DNA of 64,000 bases, from NCBI GenBank assembly GCA_963768305.1, contig CAVYHE010000003.1:160001-224000 (forward strand). Reading direction: 5' to 3'. Numbering within the stretch: the stretch's first letter is position 1; every line of letters starts with the position of its first letter. Positions 32,475-44,244 of the stretch are shown here, piece by piece. Source of the DNA: an uncultured bacterium (GTDB lineage: Bacteria; Margulisbacteria; WOR-1; CAVSGV01). A program made the position numbers and the translations under genes. The notes under the pieces were generated by a model. That model saw only the letters and a program-made list of their open reading frames with translations, was not told where the DNA came from and made no database searches.

Positions 32475-33829
32475 ATGAAAGAAAAGAAAATATTGCTCAG
32501 TGAAAAGGATATTCCGCAGAAATGGTATAACATTATTCCCGATCTTCCCAAGCCCCCGGCGCCGCCTCTGCATCCCGGAACTCATCAGCCGATAGGGCCT
32601 CAGGACCTGGCGCCGCTGTTCCCGATGGCATTGATCAAACAGGAAGTTTCCGCGGACCCGTGGATAGAGATACCGGATGAACTTATCGAGATATATAAAA
32701 TGTGGAGGCCTACGCCGCTGGTGCGGGCTTACAACCTTGAAAAAGCGCTTAAGACAAAAGCCAGGATATATTATAAAAATGAAAGCGTTTCTCCCGCGGG
32801 TTCGCATAAGCCCAACACGGCGGTGGCGCAGGCCTATTACAACAAGAAAGAAGGCGTGAAGAGGATAGCGACGGAAACAGGCGCGGGGCAGTGGGGGAGC
32901 GCGCTGGCTTTCGCGTGCAATATATTCGGGCTTGAATGCCAGGTATATATGGTAAAGGTCAGCTACGAACAAAAGCCGTACAGGAAAATATTGATGCAGA
33001 CCTGGGGCGCGACAGTGGATCCTTCCCCGACAATGAAGACCGAAGCGGGAAGGAAGATAAACAAGGAAACGCCGGGATCGTTGGGAAGCCTGGGGATCGC
33101 AATATCAGAAGCTGTAGAAGATGCTGTCAAGCGAGAAGATACAAAATATTCGCTTGGTTCTGTCTTGAACCATGTTCTTATGCATCAGACCATCGTGGGG
33201 CTTGGAAGTAAAAGAACAGCTTAAGATCGCCGGCGAAAAAGGCCCTGACGTGATGGTCGGATGCGTGGGCGGCGGGAGCAATTTCTCGGGTTTCTGCTTT
33301 CCCGTTCATAAAAGATAAGATAAAAGGCGGAAAGAACATAAAATTCGTCGCCGTGGAGCCCATGGCCTGCCCGACGATGACAAAAGGCCCTTACAGCTAT
33401 GATTTCGGCGATACAGCCGGAATGACCCCGCTGGTGCTGATGCATACGCTCGGACATACTTTTGTCCCTTCAGGCATCCATGCGGGAGGGCTCAGGTATC
33501 ACGGCAATGCACCGCTTTTAAGCTTGCTTGTCGACCAGAAGATAGTCGAACCAAGGGCATATCATCAGACGGAATGTTTTGAAGCAGGGATGCTTTTCGC
33601 AAAGACAGAAGGGATACTGCCGGCGCCTGAAACAACCCATGCTATTAAAGGAGCCATAGACGAAGCTATTGCGGCCACGGAGGAAAAAGTGATCGTATTC
33701 AATTTCAGCGGACACGGGCATTTTGACCTTGCCGCATATGATGCTTATCTTTCCGGGAAAATAAAGGATTTCGCGTATCCCGCAGATGAGATAAAAGAAG
33801 CGTTAAAGCATATTCCGCAGGTTAAATAG
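32475..33829 (+). CDS. trpB2: TrpB2-type PLP-dependent tryptophan synthase beta chain (indels near 33205-33300)
   Basis: [45 protein letters not shown]. Confidence 0.93.
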
Positions 33830-33839
33830 GGAGGATAAA

Positions 33840-34418
33840 ATGAAAAGTTTAAAAGGCACACGAGACGGAAAAGAATCTTCTGACAGCGTTTGCAGGGGAA
33901 TCGCAGGCGAGGAACAGGTATACGTATTTTGCTTCCGCGGCAAAAAAAGCAGGATTTGAGCAGATATCGGCCATATTCCTGGAAACGGCGGAAAATGAAA
34001 AGGAGCACGCGAAGAGGTTCTTTAACGCTTTGGAGGGCGGCGATGTGGAAATAACTGCCGCGTATCCGGCCGGGAGTTGTCGGAGATACTGCCTGCAATC
34101 TTGAGGCGGCCGCTGCCGGGGAGCATCATGAATGGACGGAGCTTTATAAGGATTTTGAGAGAGTCTGCCGCTGACGAGGGCTTTTCGGAAATTGCCAGGC
34201 TGTTCAAGGAGATATCCGAAGTTGAGGAACAGCATGAAAACAGATACAGGAAACTTTTAAAGAACGTTAAAGAAGGAAAGGTTTTCAAGCGCGATACAGT
34301 TGTTAAATGGCACTGCAGGAATTGCGGTTATGTCCACGAAGGGAAAGAAGCTCCGAATAAATGCCCCGCCTGCGCCCATCCTCAGGCATATTACGAGGTC
34401 TTGGCGGAGAACTACTGA
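33840..34418 (+). CDS. rbr: Rubrerythrin (indels near 33860 and 34075-34150)
   Basis: AFAGESQARNRY, EKEHA, EEQHE and C-terminal CRNCG...CPAC. Confidence 0.92.
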
Positions 34419-34429
34419 TCTAATTGTGT

Positions 34430-34512
34430 TGCCCGGGAGAGGACTCGAACCTCCATGCTGTTTAGGCATACGCACCTGAAGCGTACGTGTCTACCAATTC
34501 CACCACCCGGGC
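34430..34512 (-). tRNA. tRNA-Leu(CAG)
   Basis: GCCCGGG acceptor, anticodon arm TACGC-ttCAGgt-GCGTA, variable arm. Confidence 0.95.
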
Positions 34513-34529
34513 TCGATGATGTCTATAAT

Positions 34530-34615
34530 TGCCGCTGGTCGGAGTCGAACCGCCATGAGGGGTTAACCTCGCACGATTTTGAGTCGTGTGCGTCTGCCAA
34601 TTCCGCCACTTCGGC
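34530..34615 (-). tRNA. tRNA-Leu(CAA) with mismatched acceptor and T stems
   Basis: Anticodon arm CACGA-ctCAAaa-TCGTG; 5' GCCGAAG against 3' CAGCGGC gives two mismatches. Confidence 0.82.
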
Positions 34616-34704
34616 ATTCAAATAATCTCTAAACTTAATACTGCCAGCCTGCCGCCGGCGTGCATCGCGGGGTTCCGCCACAGCGGCAAGAAACTACAAC
34701 GGGC

Positions 34705-35675
34705 TTAATCTCTTCGAATATTCCCAATGACCTGAACTTTTTGTATCGCGATTCAACCAGTTCTGCCTTTGAGAGCTTGGTTCAATTCGGAAAGATTGCG
34801 CAGGAGCGACGCTTTTATGTTCTTCGCTGTCGCTTCGACATTATTATGGGCTCCGCCGACAGGCTCCTTTATTATCTCGTCTATTACTTTCAGTTCGATA
34901 AGGTCTTTTGCGGTTATCTTTCAATGATTCGGCGGCTATCTTCGCCTTGGAAGCGTCCCTGTACAGTATGGATGCGCATCCTTCCGGCGAGATGACCGAG
35001 TAAATTGAATATTCAAGCATAAGCACCTTATTTCCCACGCCTATGCCAAGCGCTCCGCCGCTTCCGCCTTCTCCGGTAATAACTACAATAATAGGGACCT
35101 GAAATCCTGCCATTTCCCTAAGATTTCTTGCTATGGCTTCGGCAACGGACCTTTCTTCTCCGGCGATCCCCGGATAAGCTCCTGCAGTATCGATGAAAGT
35201 GATGATCGGCTTTTCAAAATTATCTGCCATCTGCATAAGCCGGAGCGCTTTCCTGTATCCTTCTGGGTTTGCCATTCCCCAGCGCCTGTAAATGTTCTCT
35301 TTTGTCGAACTGCCTTTCTGATGGCCTATTATAACAACGGATTGCCCGTCAAGTTTTGCTATGCCTCCGATCATCGCGGGGTCGTCGGCAAAGTATCTGT
35401 CGCCGTGAAGCTCCTGAAAATCAGTGAAAATATATTTAACAAGGTCAAGTGTGGAAGGCCTCAGGACATGCCTTGCGATAGATACTATCTGCATCGGGAT
35501 CAAGATTCGCGAAGATCTCTTTCCTTCGCATCTCTATCCTTTTCTGCAGGGCTTCGATCTCAGTTTGAAGGTCGATCTTACCGTGCTTGGAAAGCCGTGT
35601 CAGCTCATCCACTTTCTTGAAAAGCTCGGTCAGCGGTTTTTCGAAATCCAGCAATCCTTTTGGCGTGTTCGGCAT
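34705..35675 (-). CDS. accA: Acetyl-CoA carboxylase carboxyltransferase alpha (indels; 3' end approximate)
   Basis: [40 protein letters not shown]. Confidence 0.95.
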
Positions 35676-35678
35676 TAT

Positions 35679-36540
35679 TCACTCCATGAAGAACTTTAAG
35701 GTCTTTGTAAGAGTGTCCTTAAGGTCCTTCCTTTCTACTATCATGTCAATGAAGCCGTGTTCTAGGAGGAATTCGGCCCTCTGGAAATCCGGCGGAAGTT
35801 TTTGTTTAATTGTTTGCTCGATAACTCTTGGTCCGGCAAAACCGACAAGTGCTCCCGGTTCGGAAATGATGATATCCCCAAGCATCGCGTAGCTTGCCGA
35901 AACCCCCGCCATTGTCGGGTCCGTGCAGACGGAAATGAAAGGCAGTCTGGCTTGTTTCAGTTTATACAGCGCGGCGGATGTTTTCGCCATCTGCATGAGG
36001 CTCATTATGGCTTCCTGCATCCTGGCGCCGCCGGAAGCGTTGAATATCACTACCGGCATCTTGTTTTCAATGGAGGTTTCTATAAGGCGGGTCACTTTTT
36101 CTCCCACAACGGAGCCAAGGCTCCCGCCAATGAAGCTGAAATCCATTATTCCCAGACCAGTTTTCATTCCGCCTATCTTTGCTTCACCGGTGATTATCGC
36201 TTCATTAAGGCCGGATTTCTTTTTGGCTTCTTCAAGGCGCTTGGAATAGGGCATGGCATCGGTGAATTTCAGGAAATCTTTTGAGACGACCAGGTTGAAT
36301 TGCTCGGTGAAAGAGCCCTCGTCGGCGGTTATCTTTAACCTTTCGGAGCAGGTCAGCTTAAAGTGAAAGCCGCATTTCGGGCAAACCCTGAGATTGGCTT
36401 CCAGATCGTGGCTGTATATGGTGGCTTTGCACTTGTAGCATTTGACCCATAAATTACCCGGGCAGATCCAGCTTTTCTGTTTTCGCCTCGATCTCTTTTT
36501 GCTCTTTTTTCTTCTGGAACCATTCATTAATTGATTTCAT
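35679..36540 (-). CDS. accD: Acetyl-CoA carboxylase carboxyltransferase beta (indel near the 5' end)
   Basis: LWVKC zinc finger, FIGGSLG, SGGARMQE, FAGPRVIEQT. Confidence 0.96.
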
Positions 36541-36613
36541 AAAAAACGTATGTTATTATACATCAGATTTCGATGATATAGAATTGATAATTTTGAATGG
36601 AAAGAGGTAATCA

Positions 36614-36880
36614 ATGGCGAACATCAAGGCTGCGATCAAATATATAAGGAAATCAAGGAAAAACAGGGCAAGGAATGTTGCCGTTAAAGGCAATTTAAAG
36701 AAACTTCTCAAAAGCGCGTTAAAACTCATCGCGTCCAAGGAAAAGGGCGCTGCGAATGCCGCGAAAGCTTTCATCAGCGCGGTAGACAAGGCCTCTGAGA
36801 ACGGGATAATCCACAAAAATGCGGCCGCGAGGAAAAAATCAAGGATAATGGCCAAGTTGAATGCCATCCTCAAAAAATGA
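36614..36880 (+). CDS. rpsT: 30S ribosomal protein S20
   Basis: MANIKAAIK...[12 protein letters not shown]. Confidence 0.96.
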   Translation: MANIKAAIKYIRKSRKNRARNVAVKGNLKKLLKSALKLIASKEKGAANAAKAFISAVDKASENGIIHKNAAARKKSRIMAKLNAILKK

Positions 36881-37675
36881 TCAAATAAGGCTTCGGGCGT
36901 TCGCGAAGATAAATCTCTCCCTTAAGATCCTCGGAAAACGCGATGACGGCTATCACGATATTGATTCCGTCATGCAGTCAATATCGCTCCACGATGAGAT
37001 AATCATCAAACTATCTGATGCCGGCATTCATTATCAATTGTTCAGCGCCCGGCATAAAGAATAATATCGCTCAAAAGGCCGCCGAGTTGCTTTTAAAGGA
37101 AATGAAGATAAAAAACGGGGTCCATATTTCGATCAAAAAAAACATTCCTTTATCAGCAGGGCTGGGTGGCGGGTCTGCTGATGCGGCTGCCGTTTTGATA
37201 GGATTGAATGCTCTTTTTAATTTGAATATACATAAGGACAAACTGATCGAGCTTGGAGCAAAACTCGGTGCGGATGTGCCTTTTTGCTTGGTCGGCGGGA
37301 CCGCCCGGTGCCTTGGCGTGGGCGACAAAATTGAGAAGATAAATCCAAAGACCGGTTCGGCATTTTTGCTTGTAGTGCCGAATATCGAGGTTTCGACACA
37401 GGGACGTTTACAAGAGATATGATGAAGTTGGTGCCGGACATTCGGATAATGAGCTTGAAAGATCGGCCGTTGACCTGTTCCCGAAGATCAAGGAGATCAG
37501 GGAAACACTGGACAGGGTAACCCGGAAAGGATGGAAAATGTCCGGTTCCGGACCGGCTTTATATCTTGAACTCATGGACATGTCAGAATCCGAAAAATAC
37601 CTGCCTTTGATAAGCAAGCTTGATTGCGTTGATCATTTGGTGAAAAGGATGGATGCCGGCGTAGAACTGTTTTAA
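36861..37675 (+). CDS. ispE: 4-diphosphocytidyl-2-C-methyl-D-erythritol kinase (indels)
   Basis: [35 protein letters not shown]. Confidence 0.93.
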
Positions 37676-37676
37676 C

Positions 37677-37733
37677 TTGACAATAAAGTTATCAAACTAC
37701 TACAATATCATACTAATCATACTTTTCATATTT
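37677..37733 (+). promoter_or_regulatory. Sigma-70 promoter with downstream 9-bp direct repeats
   Basis: TTGACA-N18-TACAAT then ATCATACTA ATCATACTT TTCATATTT. Confidence 0.7.
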
Positions 37734-37770
37734 TGATTCTCTGGTGGATTATTAAAGGGGGAAATGATCG

Positions 37771-39137
37771 ATGAAAAAATATGTCTTATTATTATCTGTG
37801 ATCTTGATTGCGTTCAATGTGAATGGGGCATTTGCTGATCCGACCGCTGAAGCTGTTAAGACGTTATCACTGAAAGACAGCATTTCCTTCGCAATGGAAA
37901 AAAGCCCTGCCATTATCGCCGCCAAAGAAAATGCGAAAGCCGCAGATGCGAGAGTGGGGCAGGCTTTCGGCGCCGTTCTTCCGAACCTTTCATTGACCGG
38001 CACTTATGGGAATGCGGCCTCTCAGCCTACCACATTCGTTATTCCTGCCGGGCTGTTCGGCTCTTCTGAATCGACAATGGATGTGGGTACAACGGAAACT
38101 TATGTGCAAAGCGGCTATGATCTCACTCTTTCTCAGCCGCTATATACCGGGGGAAAACTTTCCGGCGCTTTGGATATTGCAAAACTATATCTGAATATTT
38201 CGAACGAAAACCTCAGAAAAGCGGAGATCGATCTTAAGTATAATGTAATAAATGCTTATTACGGGGTATTGAGGGCGAAAAAATTACATGATCTTGCGCA
38301 GGATTCCCTGGATATGGCCAATTCGCACAGAGATCAGGTCAAAGCAATGTATTCTGCCGGAACTGCCACAAAAGCTGATATTCTCCGTACGGAAGTTCAG
38401 GTCGCGGATACGGAGCTCGCGCTTAAAAAAGCTGCCAATGCGCTTGCTCTGTGCAAAGGATGCTTTCAATAATGTTCTTGGATGGGACCTGGAATCTCCC
38501 GTTGAATTAAGCGTTAAGGATTTTGTCCTGGAATCCGTACAGCCCACTCCTTACAAGGAATGCGTGGCAATGGCATTTGATTCAAAACCCGATTGGAATA
38601 TCTTCCAGTTGAATAAAAAGATAAGCGACAGGACAGTGGGGCTTATGAACGCGAATTATTTCCCGTCTCTTGCGCTTGTCGGCACTTACGGCAACAGGAA
38701 AATGACGTATCCGGAATATCCCGGCAACACCGATATTACTTCCTGGTCTATTTCCGCCAACGGTTCATGGACTTTGTTCGACGGATTTTCCACGGGCGCA
38801 AAGGTAAAGGAAGCCGAATCGAACCTGAACGCAATAAAAGCGAACGAGGAATCCACCCGGAACGGCGATAATCCTGGAGGTGAAAGACGCCTGCCTGAAC
38901 CTGGGCAGCGCCATCGATGAGATAGGGAGCGCAAAAAAAGCCGTGGACCTCGCAGACGAGAACTACAAGATCTCCCAGGAAAAATACAGGAGCGGCATCG
39001 GGTCGAACCTGGAAATGATAGACGCGCAGACGGCTCTTGTTCAGGCGAGGACAGATCTTTATCAGGCGCAATTCGATTATCAGACAAATAAGGCAAAAGT
39101 GAATCAAGTTATCGGGAAAGATATCTATTCATTTTAA
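37771..39137 (+). CDS. TolC-family outer membrane efflux protein (two indels)
   Basis: Signal peptide, LSQPLYTGG, NAYYGVL, WTLFDG, LEMIDAQ. Confidence 0.9.
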
Positions 39138-39151
39138 CGGGAGGTGTTCCA

Positions 39152-39400
39152 TTGATCAGGGATTTTGAGCTGAATTTTTATGATATGGTAACAGTGGGTG
39201 AAAGAGGCCAGGTAGTTATTCCGTCCTCGGCCCGCGGCGCGCTGGGCATAAAGCCGGGTGATAAGCTTATGGTCATGAAAGGGTTGATAGGGAGCTCGCT
39301 TGTGTTCATGAAAATGAAATCAATGAACGCTCTGCTCGAAAAAGCGATGAAAGCGACGGGTAAAATAAAGGTCGATTCGGGAAAAAGGAGAACTATATGA
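39152..39400 (+). CDS. AbrB/MazE/SpoVT-family DNA-binding protein
   Basis: VTVGERGQVVIPSSARGALGIKPGDKL; GGGAGG SD. Confidence 0.9.
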   Translation: MIRDFELNFYDMVTVGERGQVVIPSSARGALGIKPGDKLMVMKGLIGSSLVFMKMKSMNALLEKAMKATGKIKVDSGKRRTI

Positions 39401-40272
39401 ACATAATAGCTCTTTTGGACCGCATCAGGAATATGGGGAGGAAGGGAATAAGGAACCTTGTGATCATCATCGTGCTGGTCATTGCTGTCTTATATTCCGG
39501 TTACTGGGCTTTTAATGAATATATCAACAGGGACAAAATAACCGCATCAGGGACTATCGAAGCGGTGGAGACCACCGTTTCCACAAAAGTACCCGGAAGG
39601 ATAGTGTCTTTTTCCGTTGATGAGGGCGATACCGTGAAAAGCGGCTCTATAATCGCTTCGCTGGAATCATCGGAGCTTTACGCGGATTTCAAGCAAACCG
39701 TCGCCATCGAGAAATCGGCGCAGATCAAATATGACAATGCAATGAGGAATTACATCAGGAGTAAGTCATTGAAAAAGAGGAACATGATCAGCGATCAGGA
39801 TTTTGACAGTGTTACAAGTATTTATGAGGCTGCAGAGGCCGAATTGAACAGATCATCAGCCTCAAGGGCGGTTGCAGAGATCGCTTATAATGACTCCACG
39901 ATACAAGCTCCCATTTCCGGCACAATATTGACCAAAGCCGTAGAAATTGGAGACCTTCTTTCTCCTTTTTCCACTGTGGTGACAATGGCGGATCTTTCAA
40001 CGCTCGAAATGATGCTGTATGTTCCGGAAACAAGATACGGAAGGATCAAGCTTGGTGATAGTGTCGGCATATTTGTTGATTCGTATCCCGGGACGGAATT
40101 CACGGGCAAGGTGACATATATTTCCGACAAGGCGGAATTCACCCCGAAAAACATTCAAACAAAAGAGGAGCGGGTGACCCAGGTTTTCGGCATAAAAATA
40201 GAGATACCCAATCCGAAAATGGAGCTTAAACCCGGCATGCCTGCCGACGCGGTCATATACTTGTCAAAGTAA
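39397..40272 (+). CDS. HlyD/YbhG-type periplasmic adaptor
   Basis: SGTIEA, APISGTI, AEFTPKNIQT, LKPGMPAD. Confidence 0.92.
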   Translation: MNIIALLDRIRNMGRKGIRNLVIIIVLVIAVLYSGYWAFNEYINRDKITASGTIEAVETTVSTKVPGRIVSFSVDEGDTVKSGSIIASLESSELYADFKQTVAIEKSAQIKYDNAMRNYIRSKSLKKRNMISDQDFDSVTSIYEAAEAELNRSSASRAVAEIAYNDSTIQAPISGTILTKAVEIGDLLSPFSTVVTMADLSTLEMMLYVPETRYGRIKLGDSVGIFVDSYPGTEFTGKVTYISDKAEFTPKNIQTKEERVTQVFGIKIEIPNPKMELKPGMPADAVIYLSK

Positions 40273-40277
40273 ATTCC

Positions 40278-41022
40278 GTGGAAAAACCCGTTGTAATCGC
40301 GAACAAGCTTTCCAAAAAATTCAAGGATACTGTTGCCATATCCTCGCTGGACCTCGTTATTCAAAAAGGAGAGATTTTCGGCTTGCTGGGGCCGGATGGC
40401 GCCGGCAAATCCACTTTAATGAGGATGCTTTCCACTGTCATGCTTCCCACGTCGGGCAGCGCGCATGTACTTGGGCTGGACATCAAAAAAGACGAGGAAA
40501 AGATCAGGCGCAGGATAGGATACATGCCCCAAAAATTCAGCCTTTACGGAGACCTTACAGTTGACGAGAACATCGAATTCTTCGCTGATATCTATGATGT
40601 TGCAAAACAAGACATGGATTCTGTCAGGCAGAAAGCCCTTGATTTCACAAAATTGGAAACTTTCAGGTCTCGATACGCGCGCCAGCTTTCCGGAGGCATG
40701 CAGAAAAAGCTTGCTCTTGCCTGCGTTCTCATTCATACGCCTGAGATACTTTTTTTGGACGAGCCGACATTGGGCGTGGATCCTCTTTCAAGGCGCGAAT
40801 TCTGGCGGCTCCTGTACGGGCTTACCAACACTACCATTATCAGTTTCAACCCCATACATGGATGAGGCCGAACGCTGCAGCCGGATAGGATTGATACGCG
40901 ACGGCTCATTGCTTATATGCGATACACCTGAGCATATCAAAAAGACCACGAACCAGCCGACACTTGAAAAAGCATTCATCAATCTTATTGAACTCGCAAA
41001 ACCGCCGGAGAATAAAAGATAA
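40278..41022 (+). CDS. ABC ATPase (YbhF-like domain 1; indel near 40840)
   Basis: GPDGAGKST, GYMPQKFSLY, LSGGM, LDEPT. Confidence 0.92.
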
Positions 41023-41023
41023 T

Positions 41024-41977
41024 ATGCCTGAAATAACGATCACAGTAAAAGATCTTACCAAGAAATTCGGCGATTTCACCGCGGTCAACAGGATCAATTT
41101 CGACATAGCAAAAGGCGAGATCTTCGGTTTTCTCGGGCCGAACGGCGCCGGAAAGACGACCACCATAAAAATGCTTTGCGGGCTTATAAATTCAACTTCC
41201 GGGAAAGCAACTGTCGGCGGATTTGATATCTCAACTCAAAGCGAAGAAATTAAATGTATTATCGGTTACATGTCGCAGAAATTCTCTCTTTATGACGACC
41301 TGACGGTCTCCGAGAACATCGATTTCTTCGCCGGGATATATCAAACCCCGAGGGAGACCAGGGCAGAAAGGAAGAAAGAAATAATCGAGATATCCGAACT
41401 GAACGGGAAAGAGAATGTCTTGACCGGCGAGCTTGCTTCGGCAACGAAACAGCATCTTGCCCTGGGATGCGCCCTTATCAATGATCCGAAAATAATTTTT
41501 CTGGATGAGCCCACCGCGGGCGTGGATCCTCTGGCCAGGTCAAAATTCTGGGGCATCATAAAGGGCTTGTCGGGCAGGGGAGTGACGGTCCTCGTCACTA
41601 CCCATTATATGGATGAAGCAGAAAATTGCGACCGGATAGCTCTTATCAACGACGGGATACTTGCCGCCTGCGATACTCCGGAGAACTTGAAAAAGAACGA
41701 GATGAAAGGCTTTATTTATGAGATCGAATGCGGGAACATAATGAAAGCTCTTGAGCTGTTAAGGAAGCTTCCGCTTATTAGGGAGATCGCCCTATACGGT
41801 ATATATCTTCATGCGGTCGTCGATGATGAAAGATTCATCGATGACATCAAACGCGCCTTGACATCGAATTTCATAGAAGTTAAAAGGGTCGACAGGATAA
41901 CTCCTTCTCTTGAAGATGTGTTCGTATCCCTCGTAGAACGTCAGCAAAGGACAAAACAGGACAACAAAAATGCTTAA
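41024..41977 (+). CDS. ABC ATPase (YbhF-like domain 2)
   Basis: GPNGAGKTT, GYMSQKFSLY, LDEPTAGVDP. Confidence 0.92.
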   Translation: MPEITITVKDLTKKFGDFTAVNRINFDIAKGEIFGFLGPNGAGKTTTIKMLCGLINSTSGKATVGGFDISTQSEEIKCIIGYMSQKFSLYDDLTVSENIDFFAGIYQTPRETRAERKKEIIEISELNGKENVLTGELASATKQHLALGCALINDPKIIFLDEPTAGVDPLARSKFWGIIKGLSGRGVTVLVTTHYMDEAENCDRIALINDGILAACDTPENLKKNEMKGFIYEIECGNIMKALELLRKLPLIREIALYGIYLHAVVDDERFIDDIKRALTSNFIEVKRVDRITPSLEDVFVSLVERQQRTKQDNKNA

Positions 41978-43094
41978 GCATATTTATGCGATGGCCAGGA
42001 AAGAATTCATCCACCTCATAAGGGATCCCAGAAGCCTTGTAATTTCCATATTTTTGCCGGTTTTCCTGCTGTTCATCTATGGTTATTCCGTATCGTTCGA
42101 CATAAAGAATATCCCTGTTGCAATACGCGACAATTCAAATTCATATCAAAGCAGGCAGTTGATAGATAATTTCCTCCACAGCGGTTATTTCCTTAAAGCG
42201 GCATCGCTTACCAGCGAGAACCAGTTCAGGGACGCATTGGACAGCGGGAACGCAAAAGCCATCATAAATATCCCGTCCGACTTTGCCAAGAACATACACA
42301 TGAGGAAGAAAGCCGTAATTCAGGTCATTCTTGACGGCTCGGACCCGACGGCCGCGGCTTCCGCTTTAAGCTATATCAACGGCATCGCGCAGCAGTTTTT
42401 CAGCGGATTACTTGTTATGCAATCCGTGCATAATCCGTCTGGTGCGGCGCCGGTCAATCTATTAACAAGGATATGGTACAACGAGAACCTGCGCAGTCTG
42501 AATTTTTATATCCCCGGTCTGATCAGTTCTATCCTTTTGATGCTTTCGGCTTCTCTTACATCCTTGACCATCGTCTCCGAAAAGGAAATGGGGACCATGG
42601 AAGCGCTCATTGCCAGCCCCATAAGAAAGAACGAACTGATGATAGGCAAGATACTGCCTTATGTGATGCTTGCTTTCTGGGATGTTGTGCTTGTCACGGC
42701 AGTCGGGCATTACTGGTTTATGGTGCCTATCAAGGGCAGCATAATCCTGCTTTTCATTTGCGCGACTATTTTTCTTACTGGTGCGCTTGCTTTGGGGCTT
42801 CTTTTTTCTGTTATTTCACAATCAAGCCAGGAAGCTATGCAGCTGGCTTTGTTGGCGACGATGCTTCCGTCCTTGATGCTTTCCGGAATGATATTTCCAA
42901 TAGAGAACATGCCGTTTTTCATTCAGCCTTTCACGTTCCTGGTTCCTGCCAGATATTTTATCAGCATATCCAGGGGGATATTCTTGAAGGGGATCGGAGT
43001 GTCCTATCTGTGGCCCCAAATTGCGATGCTCACCGTATTCGCGTTTATTCTAATGTGGCTTTGCATAAGATCGTTCAAGAAAAGGATCGATTAA
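41970..43094 (+). CDS. ABC-2 permease (YbhS-like)
   Basis: KEFIHLIRD, WYNENL, EKEMGTME, FPIENMP. Confidence 0.92.
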   Translation: MLKHIYAMARKEFIHLIRDPRSLVISIFLPVFLLFIYGYSVSFDIKNIPVAIRDNSNSYQSRQLIDNFLHSGYFLKAASLTSENQFRDALDSGNAKAIINIPSDFAKNIHMRKKAVIQVILDGSDPTAAASALSYINGIAQQFFSGLLVMQSVHNPSGAAPVNLLTRIWYNENLRSLNFYIPGLISSILLMLSASLTSLTIVSEKEMGTMEALIASPIRKNELMIGKILPYVMLAFWDVVLVTAVGHYWFMVPIKGSIILLFICATIFLTGALALGLLFSVISQSSQEAMQLALLATMLPSLMLSGMIFPIENMPFFIQPFTFLVPARYFISISRGIFLKGIGVSYLWPQIAMLTVFAFILMWLCIRSFKKRID

Positions 43095-44226
43095 TGGACA
43101 GCCGTTTATATCATTTTGTGATAAAGGAATTCAGGCAGCTGGTAAGGGACCCGAGGATGCTCAGGGTCGCGCTGATGATGCCGTCTGATCCAGCTGGTCA
43201 TTTTCGGATATATCGCATCCACTGACATCAAAAACATCTCTGCCGCGATCATGGACGAGGACAGGTCGTCAATGAGCAGGGCGTATATTCAGAGCATAAA
43301 GAATACCGGTAATTTCAATGTGAAATATATGGTGAGCAGTGAAAAAGAGTTTTCCAGGCTTCTTGACAGCGGCAGCGCGGCGATCGCCGTACATATCCCG
43401 AAAGATTTTAAAAAAGACATTCTTTCCGGAAAGTCCGCCGATGTTCAGGCGGTAATTGACGGAAGCAATTCATCTAACGCAACGATAATCCAGGGATACA
43501 TTGACCAGATCAATTTCACTTATTCCAATGCGATTCTTGCCGGCAGGCTTAATAAGGCCGGATTGAACCCTGACAAGCCTTTCATTGTTCGATCTTGAGA
43601 CCCGCATCTGGTATAACCCGGACATGAAAAGCATTTATTTCATGGTCCCCGCGATATTTGCGCAGGTACTTATGATGATAAGCATGATCCTCACGACCTT
43701 CTCGATAGTCAAAGAAAAGGAAAAAGGCACCATTGAGCAGCTTCTTGTCACTCCGCTAAGGACATATGAGATAATGCTGGGGAAAATAGCTCCTTCGGTG
43801 ATCGTTGCTTTCTCTGATTCGATCATCGCCTTTCTTGTCGCGACATTATGGTTCCGCGTGCCGATACACGGCAGCATCATTTTACTTTTCACTCTGGGCA
43901 TCCTGTTTTCGCTTACAGGACTGGGTATAGGCCTGTTCGTTTCAACTGTTTCAAGGAACCAGAGGCAGGCGATAATGACCAATAACGTCATCATGTCGCC
44001 GCAGTTCATACTTTCGGGCTTTATTTTCCCGATCGCCAGCATGCCTGTTCTTATCCAGTGGATAACTCGGCTTATCCCTCTCCGCTATTTTCTTGTGATA
44101 GTAAGAGGGATATTCCTGAAAGGGATCGGTTTGAGATATCTCTGGAACGAAATATGGCCGTTGATAATATTCATTTCTGTTATACTATTCTTCAGTATCT
44201 CGGGATTCAGTAAAAAACTCGACTGA
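43094..44226 (+). CDS. ABC-2 permease (YbhR-like; two indels)
   Basis: KEFRQLVRD, WYNPDM, EKEKGTIEQL, FPIASMP. Confidence 0.9.
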
Positions 44227-44244
44227 TCACGGAAGGAGGACAAT

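Noticed and set aside
39152..39400. AbrB/MazE gene as a toxin-antitoxin module
   Set aside because: No adjacent toxin ORF; both neighbours are efflux components
40278..41977. Two consecutive ATPase genes as one broken YbhF
   Set aside because: Each has its own start and C-terminal tail; separate genes are a normal arrangement
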